A DNA stretch of 64,000 bases. Origin: Octopus sinensis. Its lineage: Eukaryota. Shown in pieces: positions 13,555 to 25,105 of the stretch (positions within the stretch are counted from its first letter, which is position 1; each line of letters starts with the position of its first letter). The notes beneath the pieces were generated by a model, which was given only the letters and a program-made list of their open reading frames with translations, was not told where the DNA came from and searched no databases. The stretch is from the NCBI RefSeq assembly GCF_006345805.1, contig NC_043016.1, forward strand, positions 26,226,001-26,290,000, read 5' to 3'. The position numbers and the translations under genes are program-made.

Positions 13555-13910
13555 CAAAAAGTGCAACCTGTCACCAAGCTCTCCCCACTCATGAGTTCCT
13601 CACAAAAAACAACATGGTATTACTTCCACATCTGCCCCCATTTGCCAGATTTAGCCCCTGCAGACTTCCAGCTCCTTCCTAAGAGGAAAATGTAGCTCAA
13701 AGGTTGCAATTAAAGAGCAAATCACAGAAGGTCTGCAACTCTTTTATAGAAAACAACTTCCAGGCTGGATTCCAAAAGTGACAGGAATGCTGGGACTGAC
13801 ATATTGCTGTGCAAGGTGACTATTTGGAAGGAGATGATGTTAAAACTTAGGTAAATAAGTTATTTTTTATTAAACATAACTACTCTGGAACTTTTTTGAT
13901 GCCAGCTCAT
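13555..13910 (+). mobile_element. mariner 3' fragment
   Basis: PHLPDLAPADFQLLPK (SPDLAPxD motif) followed by the typical 3' end. Confidence 0.7.
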
Positions 13911-14097
13911 ACATACATATACACATTATATTTGAATAATCAAACAGTCAATTAATGACATTTTGAATATATCTAAGGGGATTATATTTCTAGGACGGCT
14001 TCAGTAAGAATTCATTTGTTTTGGCAATATAATTTTTTCCTTCCACTTCTATGGTGGAGGTGAGGTTTACCTCATAGAATTACTAATTCATTATATT

Positions 14098-14478
14098 GAC
14101 ATTGCTGGCACTCCGTCAGTTACGATGACGAGTGTTCCAGTTGATCCGATCAATGGAACAGCCTGCTCATGAAATTAACGTGCAAGAGGCTGAGCACTCC
14201 ACAGACATGTGTACCCTTAACGTAGTTCTCGGGGAGATTCAGCATGACACAGAGTGTGACACGGCTGGCCCTTTGAAATACAGGTACAACAGAAACAGGA
14301 AGAAAGAGTAAGAGAGAGTTGTGCTGAAAGAGTACAGCAGGGTTCACATCCACTCCCTGCTGGAGCCTCATGGAGCTTTAGGTGTTTTCGCTCAATAAAC
14401 ACACACAACGCCCAGTCTGAGAATCAAAACCGCGATCCTAAGACCGCGAGTCCACTGCCCTAACCACTGGGCCATTGA
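14098..14478 (-). mobile_element. tRNA-derived SINE (Octopus OK-like family); second copy at ~48905-49163(-)
   Basis: Head caatggcccagtggttagggcag with A/B boxes; the body is shared between the two copies. Confidence 0.75.
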
Positions 14479-15169
14479 CATTACCAGCTTGAAAAACAGC
14501 AAAAATAGGCTTAATCTCACATGGATTTTGTGGGATTTTTATTAATAACAGATATATACATCATCATCCATGCATATGTTCAGTACACTGCTGGACAAAT
14601 GCCTCAGTATGTTCTTCCCACCAACCATAGCCTGATGTTTTCCTCATCCATGTTTGGGGTTGAAGAACTTAACAAAGTCTTCATTCCAACTTCTGCATGG
14701 TCTTGCCCTCCTTTTTTCTGAACATGGTGTTAACTCTGTCAATTTCCTATTCCATCTATTATTCTTTCTTCTAAACGCATGTCTCACATAAGACCATTTC
14801 AGAGTTTTTATTTACCAGATGATATCCATGACACCTGTTGCTATTGCGCATAAATCAGAAACATAGAATGTCAATAAAAGTGCTGAAAATAAATTAAGAG
14901 GAACACAAAGAGTCATGGAAAGAAGAATGCTGAAGATTAACAAAATGGATAAGCGGAGAAACAACAGAAAAAGAATGGCAACATACATTACATACATACA
15001 TACATTCCTCCCTCCATCCATCCATCCATACGTTCATACATACATACATACATTCATACATCCACCCATCCATACATACATACATACATACATACATACA
15101 TACATGTGTATATGTACACATACATGTGTGCATAGATAAACATCCTGAGAGTTCATATTCTTATCTCTT

Positions 15170-15382
15170 TATTGCCCACAGGGGGCTAAACATAGAGGGA
15201 ACAAACAAGGACAAAGGGATTAAGTTGATTACATCAACCCCAGTGCATAACTGGTACTTGATTTATCGACCCCGAAAGGATGAAAGGCAAAGATGATCTC
15301 AGCAGAATTTGAACTCAGAACATAATGGCAGACAAAATACCGCTAACCATTTCGCCTGGCGTGCTAACGTTTCTGCCAGCTT
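15170..15382 (-). mobile_element. tRNA-derived SINE (Octopus OR1-like family); other copies ~23610-23800(-), 34284-34600(+), 45358-45572(+)
   Basis: gagctggcagaaacgttag...ttctgagttcaaattc...ctttgcctttcatcctttcggggtcgataaa is shared across copies. Confidence 0.75.
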
Positions 15383-16094
15383 GCAGGTAGGTGATACAAA
15401 AAGGGACAACAAAACATCCAGATAGACGATACAAAGAAAACAAGGACGGGTCATTTGAAGCTCCCCCTCTTCAGTCAAGCACCAGATCATCTTCGCAATT
15501 TCGGCTGATTATTCTTGAGATTGCTCCAATCTGGCCAGCCCCAAGGAAAAACTAAGCTAAGAGCATTAGATTCCTTGGAAGAAAGCAGCAAATGTATACA
15601 AAAACAAGGACGGAAAAAAAACGGACAATGTTACACAAATATAAATACAATAAAAAATACAATAAAAATAATAACAGGACATAACAACAGATGTCTTTCG
15701 ACTAAGGACGAATTGAATTATGCTGGCGCATGTATATATGTATGTATGTAAGTATGCATGAGTGTGGGTATGTATGTGTTTGTGAGCATGTATGTATGTG
15801 TCTTTGTGTTTGCCTCTATGCTATTTGATGATCAGTGTTAGATTGTTTACATAGCCCATCATTTAACAGTTGGGCTAAAGAGACCAATAGAATAAGCGCC
15901 AGATTTAGAAAGAATAAATACTGGGTTGATTTACTTGACTAAATCCTCCAAGGCAGTGGTGCCTCAGTATGGCCACAGTCCAATGACTAAAACAAGTAAA
16001 GGAATAAAAGGAAAGAATAAGAATATATATGTGCACATGCATGCACACACACATGTACAAACATACTTGCATGTGTACATACACACATATTTAC

Positions 16095-16172
16095 CTCTAG
16101 AAAGTTTGTAATCACACCTTCCTGAACCGTATTCATCAGCAACTTCTTCTTGTATACCACAACAACAAATGG
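16095..16172 (-). CDS. putative internal exon (PFVVVVYKKKLLMNTVQEGVITNFLE in phase 0)
   Basis: Acceptor ttttatttacag, donor GAG|gtaaat, 78 nt; joins in frame to exon 13264-13389. A second frame is also open, so the reading frame is uncertain. Confidence 0.45.
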
Positions 16173-16519
16173 CTGTAAATAAAATGCCAGAATCGGTTAA
16201 TTCTTTTGAATTTTGCTTGCCTGAGAGTACCCCTCATTCTATAATACATATCCTGTTTAAAGTGATCTAACTTAAAATCTTCCATCAAAATTTCGTGTTA
16301 ATCTATGTTCCAGACACCAACTTAATAATGACAAAGTTATTTTATTTAAATTCTTCATTATCTTCGAAATCAACTGAAACAAACATGGTATATTACAACA
16401 GAAATATGGTAATGAAAGGGTTAAGTTAATTTCAACATTTTCACATTGAGATCTGTGGGAAGAACATGATAGGGTGAGGACAAGGGAAGGTAATTTCCTC
16501 CAGGCAGGAAGGATCGGGT

Positions 16520-17168
16520 AAAATGTGTCTGGTGGTTGATACATGGTAGTCAAGCATGACCTTCAAATGTTGGGCCTCACAGAGGCAATGACGAAAGACT
16601 GAGATCTCTGGAGATATGCTGTGACTGCAAAGACCCGACAAATAATGTGAGTTCATGGCTGCTTCCTGCACCAGTTTCGCATAGCCCCAGCCCATCCAAA
16701 GTACCTTAGATTGCAGAATGACCTGCTGTGCTTACCTTGGATTGTAGGGTGACCTGCTGTATTGAGGAGACCTATTGAGTCAAGAACATCAACATCAAAA
16801 TAAATATCAAATGGAAATTGTAGTTGTGATACCTGTGCAGGCGGCACATAAAAAGCACCATCCAAATGTGGCCGATGCCAGCGTCACCTTGACTGGCTTC
16901 TGTGCCAGTGGCACGTAAAAAGCACCAACCAATCATGGCTGCTGCCAGCCTCCTCTGGCACCTGTGCCGGTGGCACGTAAAAAGCACCCACTACACTCAC
17001 AGAGTGGTTGGCGTTAGGAAGGGCATCCGGCTGTAGAAACACTACCAGATCAGACTGGAGCCTAGTGCAGCCTCCTGGCTTCCCAGACCCCCATCAAACC
17101 ATCCAACCCGTGCTAGCATGGAAAACGGATGTTAAACGATGACGATGATGATGATGATGATGATGATG
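16520..17168 (+). mobile_element. RTE LINE 3' end/UTR with (GAT)n tail; related copies ~30980-31770(+), 30580-30900(-), 46545-47000(-), 24000-24220(-), 47870-48030(+)
   Basis: RPRKTWDEVVKHDLRMLG...DLWRYAV in the 30940 ORF; shared tail ccaacccatgctagcatggaaaacggacgttaaacgatgatgat. Confidence 0.85.
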
Positions 17169-17614
17169 AAGGCAGATGAATTATGAATTATGCTATGTAG
17201 CTGTTTTTGGTTCTGAAGTGCAAAAGCTGTTGAAGAAGTGGTATAAGTGTTAAAGGAGAATACAAAATAATAGTGGGCCAGTGACTGTAACAAGTTGATG
17301 AATGGTAGTTTGTATTTGTTGAATGGGCCTCTCTTGGATGCAATGTAGAATGGTTATGTGTAGTAGCTGATTTGTGAGCACACACTATTACAGAAATGCA
17401 TGAGCTTTGTAAAGAAAAAAAATAGGACAAAAAGAAACATAACTAGAAAAGTACAAAACACTGATGAATTTATTAGGGTTAATTACCTGTTAATGAGGGA
17501 AAACAAGAATGAAATGGAAGCATTATATCCATTTTCTCTAGTTTAACATCATACTTTCTAAAGCTCATTCAATATATTATTAAAGCAATTCAGATATTAC
17601 TGGATTAAGGTATC

Positions 17615-17875
17615 ACAGGAGCAACTTGCATATTGTTAGAACAATGTACATACCACTGGAGCAATTTATGCATTGTTGGAGCAATTTCGATATTATAGAA
17701 ACAGTTTAGATGTTGCTGACACAAATTTTGATATTATTGAAGCAATTTAGATGTTGTTAGGACAACTTCTATGTAGCTGGAACAATTTTGATTTTATTGA
17801 AACAATTTAGATATCGAAGCAATTTCAATATCGTGGGAGCAATTTGTGTATTGCTGGAGCAATTTAGATATTAAA
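17615..17875. repeat. degenerate ~21-bp minisatellite (ggagcaatttagatattgttg-like), ~12 units
   Basis: Recurring gcaattt..gatatt core. Confidence 0.7.
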
Positions 17876-18354
17876 AAAGCATTGATTAGTCAAAGAAAAG
17901 CTTCAGATTCTCTGTCTCAGCACCAAAACAATTTCCTTCTGTCAGCTGATTTCTTTTTCCAATAATAAATTACCATTCTTGTTTAAGAGAGAAACAGAAA
18001 ACATGATACCAAAATGGAAAATTGTAGGCAGCATATTTCCTTGTCCTTAAACATGCGAGAGATATACTGGAGAGAGGGGGGAGGGTGAGAAAGAGAAAGA
18101 GGGACTATGTGTTTAAATGTCACCACAAGATGTCACCATAGAAAATATCATGACATGATTTAGGAAATTAAACAAACAAATATTTCTATATTTATTAAAG
18201 TGTAAAGGTAAAATTGCTGGAAGCTATTATCATGAATGAGAACATTTAGCAAAAGACATTAGAGAATCGAGTTATATAATGTTATAGATTAAGAAAAACA
18301 GAACACTTCACAACAGCAGTAACAATGAATGCATAAATTATAGCTGGTGAGAAC

Positions 18355-18625
18355 CATTTAGATAGCCATCACTAACCAGGTAATGGATATTTCTGGTGGT
18401 ACATTCAGCACCCTAATTATGGCAAGGCATTGGCCATGATAGCTGGGGTGTAAGAAAAAGTTGTCATTCCTCAAAGTGGTTGCGGAATTACATCTGGCTT
18501 CTTCTGTCCCAAATCTCACCTCAATGGTTTCAAACTTCTTTCCTTAGGTGACGTGGGTCTTTTGTTCCCACCAGCACCGAAGGCATTTTTGTACTTCACT
18601 CTCAGGAGCATATTTCCCACCACTG
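18355..18625 (-). mobile_element. L1/Tx1-like ORF1 fragment with a stop codon
   Basis: Reads KYAPESEVQKCLRCWWEQKTHVT*GKKFETIEVRFGTEEA...YHGQCLAIIRVLNVPPEISITWL, which resembles LINE ORF1 RRM-like regions (from memory). Confidence 0.5.
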
Positions 18626-19174
18626 ACACAAAAAAATCAGAGGCGATATTTGCATTTTTATGTTTTATTTCTTTCATATTGTTGTTGTTGTTATTGTTGT
18701 TGGTGTTGTTGTTGCTGTCACTGCTGCTACTGTTGCTGTTGTTGTTCTCGTTGTCGACACTGAAAGTTTTGACGTTACTTAGAGACGAAACATTTTTCAC
18801 CTCCGTGACGTCATATTCTCAATTCTTTCCTTGTTCTCAATTTCCCCCACCCCCCATCCCACGACAAGGAGTGCATTCCTTTGTCAAACATTATGATGGC
18901 TTCTTCAGCCATCTTTAAATAATTACAGATAATTGCAAGATATTTGTTTTTGCCAAAAGCAGTTAAAACGCATAAATCATTGAAGCAACCCCCCTGCAAA
19001 ATGGAGGGGATGTGATTCCCCTAAAATACTATCTGCACAGTCCAGACAATCTCAGAAATGTAATGGTAACTAAAGAATTGAAAAGACAGGGCCTTAGAAA
19101 ACTGAAACTATTACAAACACTTTTTCAACTTACAAAGCACCAAATTTCTGTGACTTCACAGTATGGAGGCAATG

Positions 19175-19234
<60 letters not shown>

Positions 19235-19272
19235 GTAATTGCTACAACTTACCCTACTTTTTGGTACCTTAC

Positions 19273-19310
19273 TTGATGGAGTCACAATAATCTTCTTTAA
19301 GCAACCAAAG
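19273..19310 (-). CDS. putative small exon (LWLLKEDYCDSI or SFGCLKKIIVTPS, depending on phase)
   Basis: Acceptor aagaatag, donor CAA|gtaagg, 38 nt. Confidence 0.4.
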
Positions 19311-19741
19311 CTATTCTTTTAAAATAGCTAATGTTAGCTTTATTGGCACATGGATGATATAAGAATACAGCTGCACCATGCTAAAAGAAAAGAAAAGTTA
19401 ATTAAATGATGTTAACAAATTTTCCTAGACTATTGTTTGTTTAATTTCCTTGATGAACTGAGAGCTTCTGGTTGAATCAACTCTTAGTAGAGCTTTTTTT
19501 TTTTTGTGAGGTTATATTGATATATTTGTTAATTCCAATATTTTGATTCCACACATTCTCTAGCGAAAAAGTTAATGAATATTTGGTTTACAAAGGGCCA
19601 TATTCTCCCATTAACATGGTTCTGTGTTATTACGTTTAATTCCAATTAACTTATCACATCCGCTGAGCTGTAAGTAGATATGGAGAAAGTAGTGTTTACA
19701 AATGTATATAGTATCAGGTTGCTTGTGAGTGCTACTGCTAC

Positions 19742-19796
19742 CATGTAACACTCCAAAATTTGTTCCATGGTTAGGTCACAGCAACTAAGGTGAAAA
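19742..19796 (-). CDS. possible small exon (FHLSCCDLTMEQILECYM)
   Basis: Acceptor ctttgttgcag, weak donor ATG|gtagca; its phase 2->0 fits the neighbouring candidate exons. Confidence 0.3.
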
Positions 19797-19858
19797 CTGC
19801 AACAAAGCCTACTTGGTGGAATGGAATATTTTTGGACATCTTTTTAGTTGAAATATTA

Positions 19859-19925
19859 TATGGGATCTGATGATACACTGTAAAGCTAAGTGCTTTATGG
19901 ACGTGAAACCAAAGATAATCCCATA
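19859..19925 (+). ncRNA. type I hammerhead-like motif (Penelope-type), stem III mismatched
   Basis: 8-bp stem I tatgggat/atcccata, CTGATGA, 9-bp helix in stem II, GAAA-CC-AAA-GA-TA. Confidence 0.6.
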
Positions 19926-20008
19926 AACCAGCCTTTTCTAACTTTTTATATTTATATACTGCTCTATGACTTAGGGTGTGCTTCTTTTTTAGATTTATGT
20001 TCTACTGA

Positions 20009-20051
<43 letters not shown>

Positions 20052-20802
20052 TTAATAATAATTAAATGATAACAAAAGAATGAGACCTCGATATTATGAA
20101 AATAGAGGAATACATATATATATATATATATATATAGTATAGGACAATCAGTAAGTTGTCGTAATAGAACTCAGAGTTTCAAATGCAGAAGCTAAAAGCT
20201 TTGGGGCATTTTCATTGGCTATTTTTGACAATGGACAGTATGAAAAAAAACATTGAATAAAAGGGAAGTTACACTAACAGACATGAAAAATATAAAAGAT
20301 ATAATCTATAAAAAATAAAAAATACACAACCACATTCTCACAATAGAAACCTTCTGTGTTCATAGAAACTACATATGTACACACACAGTTATGTATAAAT
20401 ATATGCCCATACAAACATTATTACAAGCTCATACACACATTTCTACACACACACGCATACACATATACATGCATAAGCATATATGTATATAATTATACAC
20501 ATATATATGTAGTGCGATAGATGAATGTGAATAAAGCTTAAAGGTGTGGAAATAGATATATATATTTAGTGGAAATGAAATGTAAGAAGATAGTTAAAGG
20601 TTGAATATAGGAACTACATTTCTCCACTCTTGATTTTCTGCTAATTTCTTTCTTTCTCCTCCTCTTTCTCTAATTGCATTTGATGCTAAATCTATTAGTG
20701 TTTTATCTCTTTTTAAATAACTTGCCAGTGTTCCCTTCATCATATATGCAGTCATTACATTCGGTTAAAATGGCTTATTGATGTGTTTTGTTTCCCTTTT
20801 TA

Positions 20803-20885
20803 TCCCTGATGAAAAGATAGCATTGTTTTACATCATTTTATTACCTCTGGAAATATACCAATGTTTTTTTGAAACATATGTCGGA
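20803..20885 (+). ncRNA. minimal type I hammerhead-like motif with intact core
   Basis: tcc-CTGATGA-stem II (cattg/caatg plus A/G:U pairs)-GAAAC-ATAT-GTC-gga; palindromic stem III ACATATGT. Confidence 0.55.
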
Positions 20886-23455
20886 AGTATAAAGATTTGA
20901 ATAACACCTGCTTTTAACTCCATTTCTTTATTTATCTGTTATATATATATATGTGTGGGTGGGTGTGTATGAGCATGTAATATATATATATTATATATAT
21001 ATATATATATATAATAGAGATGTGTGTTCACTTTTCACACGAAAATGGCTTCACCAATTACTTCCATACTTGTGTTGCATAAATAATTTGACCTCAGACA
21101 CATGCTTTTTATATTACATTCACGTCTTTGAAAGATTTTTGAATTATTTACTTCTGGTTTACTAGTATCAGTGATGTAACAACTACACATAAATAAAGGA
21201 ATGTTTAAATTTTTTGGAACTACGGTTTTTGTGTGTTTTCAAAGGATTTCTGAACATAAAAGAAACAACTAAAGTGTCCCACTATAATGTCTAGACCTGA
21301 TATTAATTTTGGTTTTAGTACAGTAAACAATAAGTTACTGCTGGTTTATAAACATGAGACATATCGCACTCACACACAAATCTATCTATCTATCTATCTC
21401 GATATATCTCTCTATCTATCTCGATATATCTCTCTATCTATCTCTCTGTATCTATCTGTCTATATCTTATCTATCTATATCTATCTTATTTGTCTGTCTA
21501 ACTAGTTAGCTCTCCCTCTCTCTCTCCTTCTCTCTCTATATCTCACTCACTCTCTATTGTTTTCACTTTCATTTTTCAGATGCTATTGTTTTCACTTGAA
21601 GTTCAGTCGCTATTGTTTTCAAACAACAACAAATTACTGACAGAAAGAAGTTCACAATTACTGATGAAAGTAATTTCATAATTTACTGATGAAAATTACA
21701 TAAATTACTGATGAGAGTAATTGCATAATTTACAAAATTAACTTCATAAATTTCACTCCAATCCATACACTTTGTTAAATTTGCCTACAAATTCCATATT
21801 TACTTTTACAACATTATTGTTTTCTTTTTATTGTTGTTGATGGAATTATTGATAAAATTAAGTTCCTTATTTACTGACAAAAGTAACTTCAAAAATTTCA
21901 CTTAAATCCATGCACTTAATTAATTTCCTTAAAAATTTCTCTTTTACTTATTAGCTGCATATTTGGTGTGAGACAAGGTTGGCTCTTTAAATTAGTTGTA
22001 CTTCATTTGGCAGGGTTCCAGACAGTTTCTATTTAACCAATTTTACTCCTAATGCTTTGGTCACCTGACAGATTAACTACTCACAGATGTGCTCCATCCT
22101 CTGATGCCCAGACATTCAGTGTCCCCTCTCTCTGTCATTTCTACAGCTACTATATGGCTTTGCTCCTTGCAGCTAGCTGAGCTCACCTCCCCTCCTCTCC
22201 AACGTTTCCATCCCACTTGCCTCTTCTCTTCTTATCAACCCTCTAATGTCCACCACCCGGGTAAAATGCTTTACATTTTGAGTTCAAATTCCACCTAGGT
22301 TGACTTTGCCTTTCATCCTTTGAGGGTTGATAAAATAAAGTACCAGTTGAATGTGTAAACAGTCCAGTTGATTATACAACTGGACTGATAATCCTAGAAA
22401 CAGATGGAGATCCATTTCCTTTGCTTTTTGCTTACTTGTACACATCAGCAAATGAGCCGATGAGGTAGTCTGTGTGATTGTTCAATTTGATAGAAATAAC
22501 AGCCAAATCTCCCTCACACTATGCTCTAACATTTTAAAAATGAAGGACACATTAAATAATGTTGCCCTACATCTTCAATAAAAATACAGAATTGTTCATT
22601 CTGGCCTGACCTGAATTTAAACTGAAAGACATTCATTGCAACAAATGTAAATACAGAAAAACTTCACAAAATATTCTTTTTTTCTTTTATTCTTTTACTT
22701 GTTTCAGTCATGTGCAGCAGCCATGCTGGAGAACCACCTTTAGTTGAGCAAAGTGACCCTAGGATTTATTCTTTGTATGTCTAGTATTTATTCTATCGGT
22801 TTCTTTTACCAAACTGCTAAGTTACAGGGGCATAAACACACCAGCATCGGTTGTCAAGTGAGTTGGGGGGACAAACACAAACACACAAATATACATACAC
22901 ACATATATATAATATAATATAATATATATATATGCTTTTTTGTTTGTTTTTGCAGTGGTAGTCACCGACCTCTGTGGCCAAGGTGCCATGCAGTGGGACT
23001 GAACCCAGAACCATGTGGTTGGTAAGCAAGCTACTTACCATGCATGTAAAATATATATGAAAAATATATGAAAAATAAGTAAAATATTAAGACAATTGAA
23101 GAAAAATATCTACAATAAAACCATCCATCCATTTTCTCTACCCTTAATTCATGGTAGGGTCATGGGGGTAGAATCTTCATGTATCTCCTCCAAATAATAT
23201 AAACTTTTATTAAAACAAAATACATAGGTGAAGTAAATCTTGTGGTGTGAAGTATCAACACAATGTGCAAGTATTTTCAGGAGTTTTTCAGCACCTCTTT
23301 GTATACCCAGCAATAAAGAGGTGTTCAAATAAAACACTTTAAAAAATATCACTAATAAAAAGATTTAATGAATACTCCTAAATATTTTATGTCTATTTAA
23401 GGCTGGAAACATTCATCCTCTGATTTACAGTAGTTAAATGTTAAAGTCTACTCAC

Positions 23456-23534
23456 CTCAAGTGAATGTAACCATCGCTGTGGTGGCAAGTACATATACTC
23501 TCCATATTTTGGCCACAGGGGTCGGTGACTACCA
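23456..23534 (-). CDS. internal exon of host gene ([25 protein letters not shown] in phase 1)
   Basis: Strong acceptor ttttgtttttgcag, donor GAG|gtgagt, 79 nt; the phase matches the upstream 40-nt exon. Confidence 0.65.
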
Positions 23535-25071
23535 CTGCAAAAACAAAAACAAAAAAAGCAAAGTTTGGATTATTAAAAATGTTTAATTAAATGGTTTCAA
23601 ATTTTGGCACAGGGCCAGTAAGTTCAGAAGATGGAGGTGATTAAGTTGAATGCATTGATCCTAGTGATTCACTGGTACTTATGTTACTGATCCCAAAAGG
23701 ATGAAAGGCAAAGTCAACTTCAGCAGAATTAGAATTCAATGTAAAGATGGACAAAAACTACTAAGCATTTTCCCTGGTATGCTGATGATTCTGCCAGCCT
23801 ACCATATCATCTAATTAAATTAAAATTTGGAGGAGGTACATGAAGATTCTACCCCCATGACCCTACCATGAATCAAGGGTAGAGAAAATGGATGGATGGA
23901 CAGATGGTTAGAAGGGAACTAGATTGGTATCTTGTCTCTTTTTATCTGTAGTAAAATGTTGTTTAGCTTCAGGTCATTGATAACCATCATCATCAGCAGC
24001 AGCAGTATCATTTAATATCCATTTTCCATGCTGGCATGGTTTGACCAGACCATTTTCCATGCTGGCATGGATGGATTGACCAGAGCTGGCAAGCTGGAGA
24101 GTTCTGGTCTGATTAGGCTTGGCTTCAATAGCTGGGTGCCCTTCCTAACACGAACGGCATTACAGAGTGTGCTGGGTACTTTTACATGGCACCGCACAGG
24201 AACTTTTATGTGGCACTGGCACAACTATGATCAAAAGTACTTGTACGGCAAACATCACATTTTTTACTTTGAAACACTTTATCTGAAACTACTGCAGATG
24301 TGACATGAGGGTGATTTGACAGCAATTTTAATAGATTGGGGAGCCATATAGAGGTTCTCCTATAGGAATTGTAGTTGTCATTGTTATTGTCACTCATGAG
24401 GGAGGGCATTTTTAAGTTCTCTGTTCAGTGCAGGTTAGGATGGAGAGAAGTTAGAGGAAGACGAAGGACGGTACTGTTTGCATATATACCATTTACATCA
24501 TGCAAAAGCCTGTCACATGTGTGTATGTGCATGTGCACATGTGTGCATGAATGGGTGCATGTGTATGCATGTGTGTGTGTGTGTGCATGCATCTTTGAGT
24601 TAGTGTCTGTCACTTGCCATTTGATAACCAGTGTTGGTTTGTTTACATCTCCCTAGCATAGGAGAGGTTGTTGTTGCTGCAGGTGACAGCGAGTAGATCA
24701 TAGGTGTAGAAGAGAAAGTAGTGACGGCAAACAAAGCAGGAACCAGGAGTGCACGAGAGTTGGAAAAGTTTGGATCAGAGAGAACTTCTGTCAGCATGTA
24801 TCACTACAGTGTAATCTGAGAGGAAGCTACCAGTTTGAAAGATGGGAGATGGATGAAGCCCAAGCTAAATAGTTTTGACAGGGAAGTTCCACAGTAAATG
24901 TTCACTGAGGCGTAGGAGTGGCTGTGTGGTAAGTAGCTTGCTTACGAACCACATGGTTCCAGGTTCAGTCCCACTGCGTGGCACCTTGGGCAAGTGTCTT
25001 CTACTATAACCTCAAGCCAACCAAAGCCTTGTGAGTGGATTTGGTAGACGGAAACTGAAAGAAGCCCGTCG

Positions 25072-25105
<34 letters not shown>

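Noticed and set aside
15440-15482. Hammerhead-like remnant CTGAAGA-gggg..cttc-aaat on the minus strand
   Set aside because: G12 is lost and stem I cannot be formed; at most a decayed Penelope-type relic.
21645-21730. Three tandem CTGATGA motifs suggesting hammerheads or C/D snoRNA boxes
   Set aside because: They are part of a short AT-rich tandem repeat; there is no GAAA/stem III or terminal stem arrangement.
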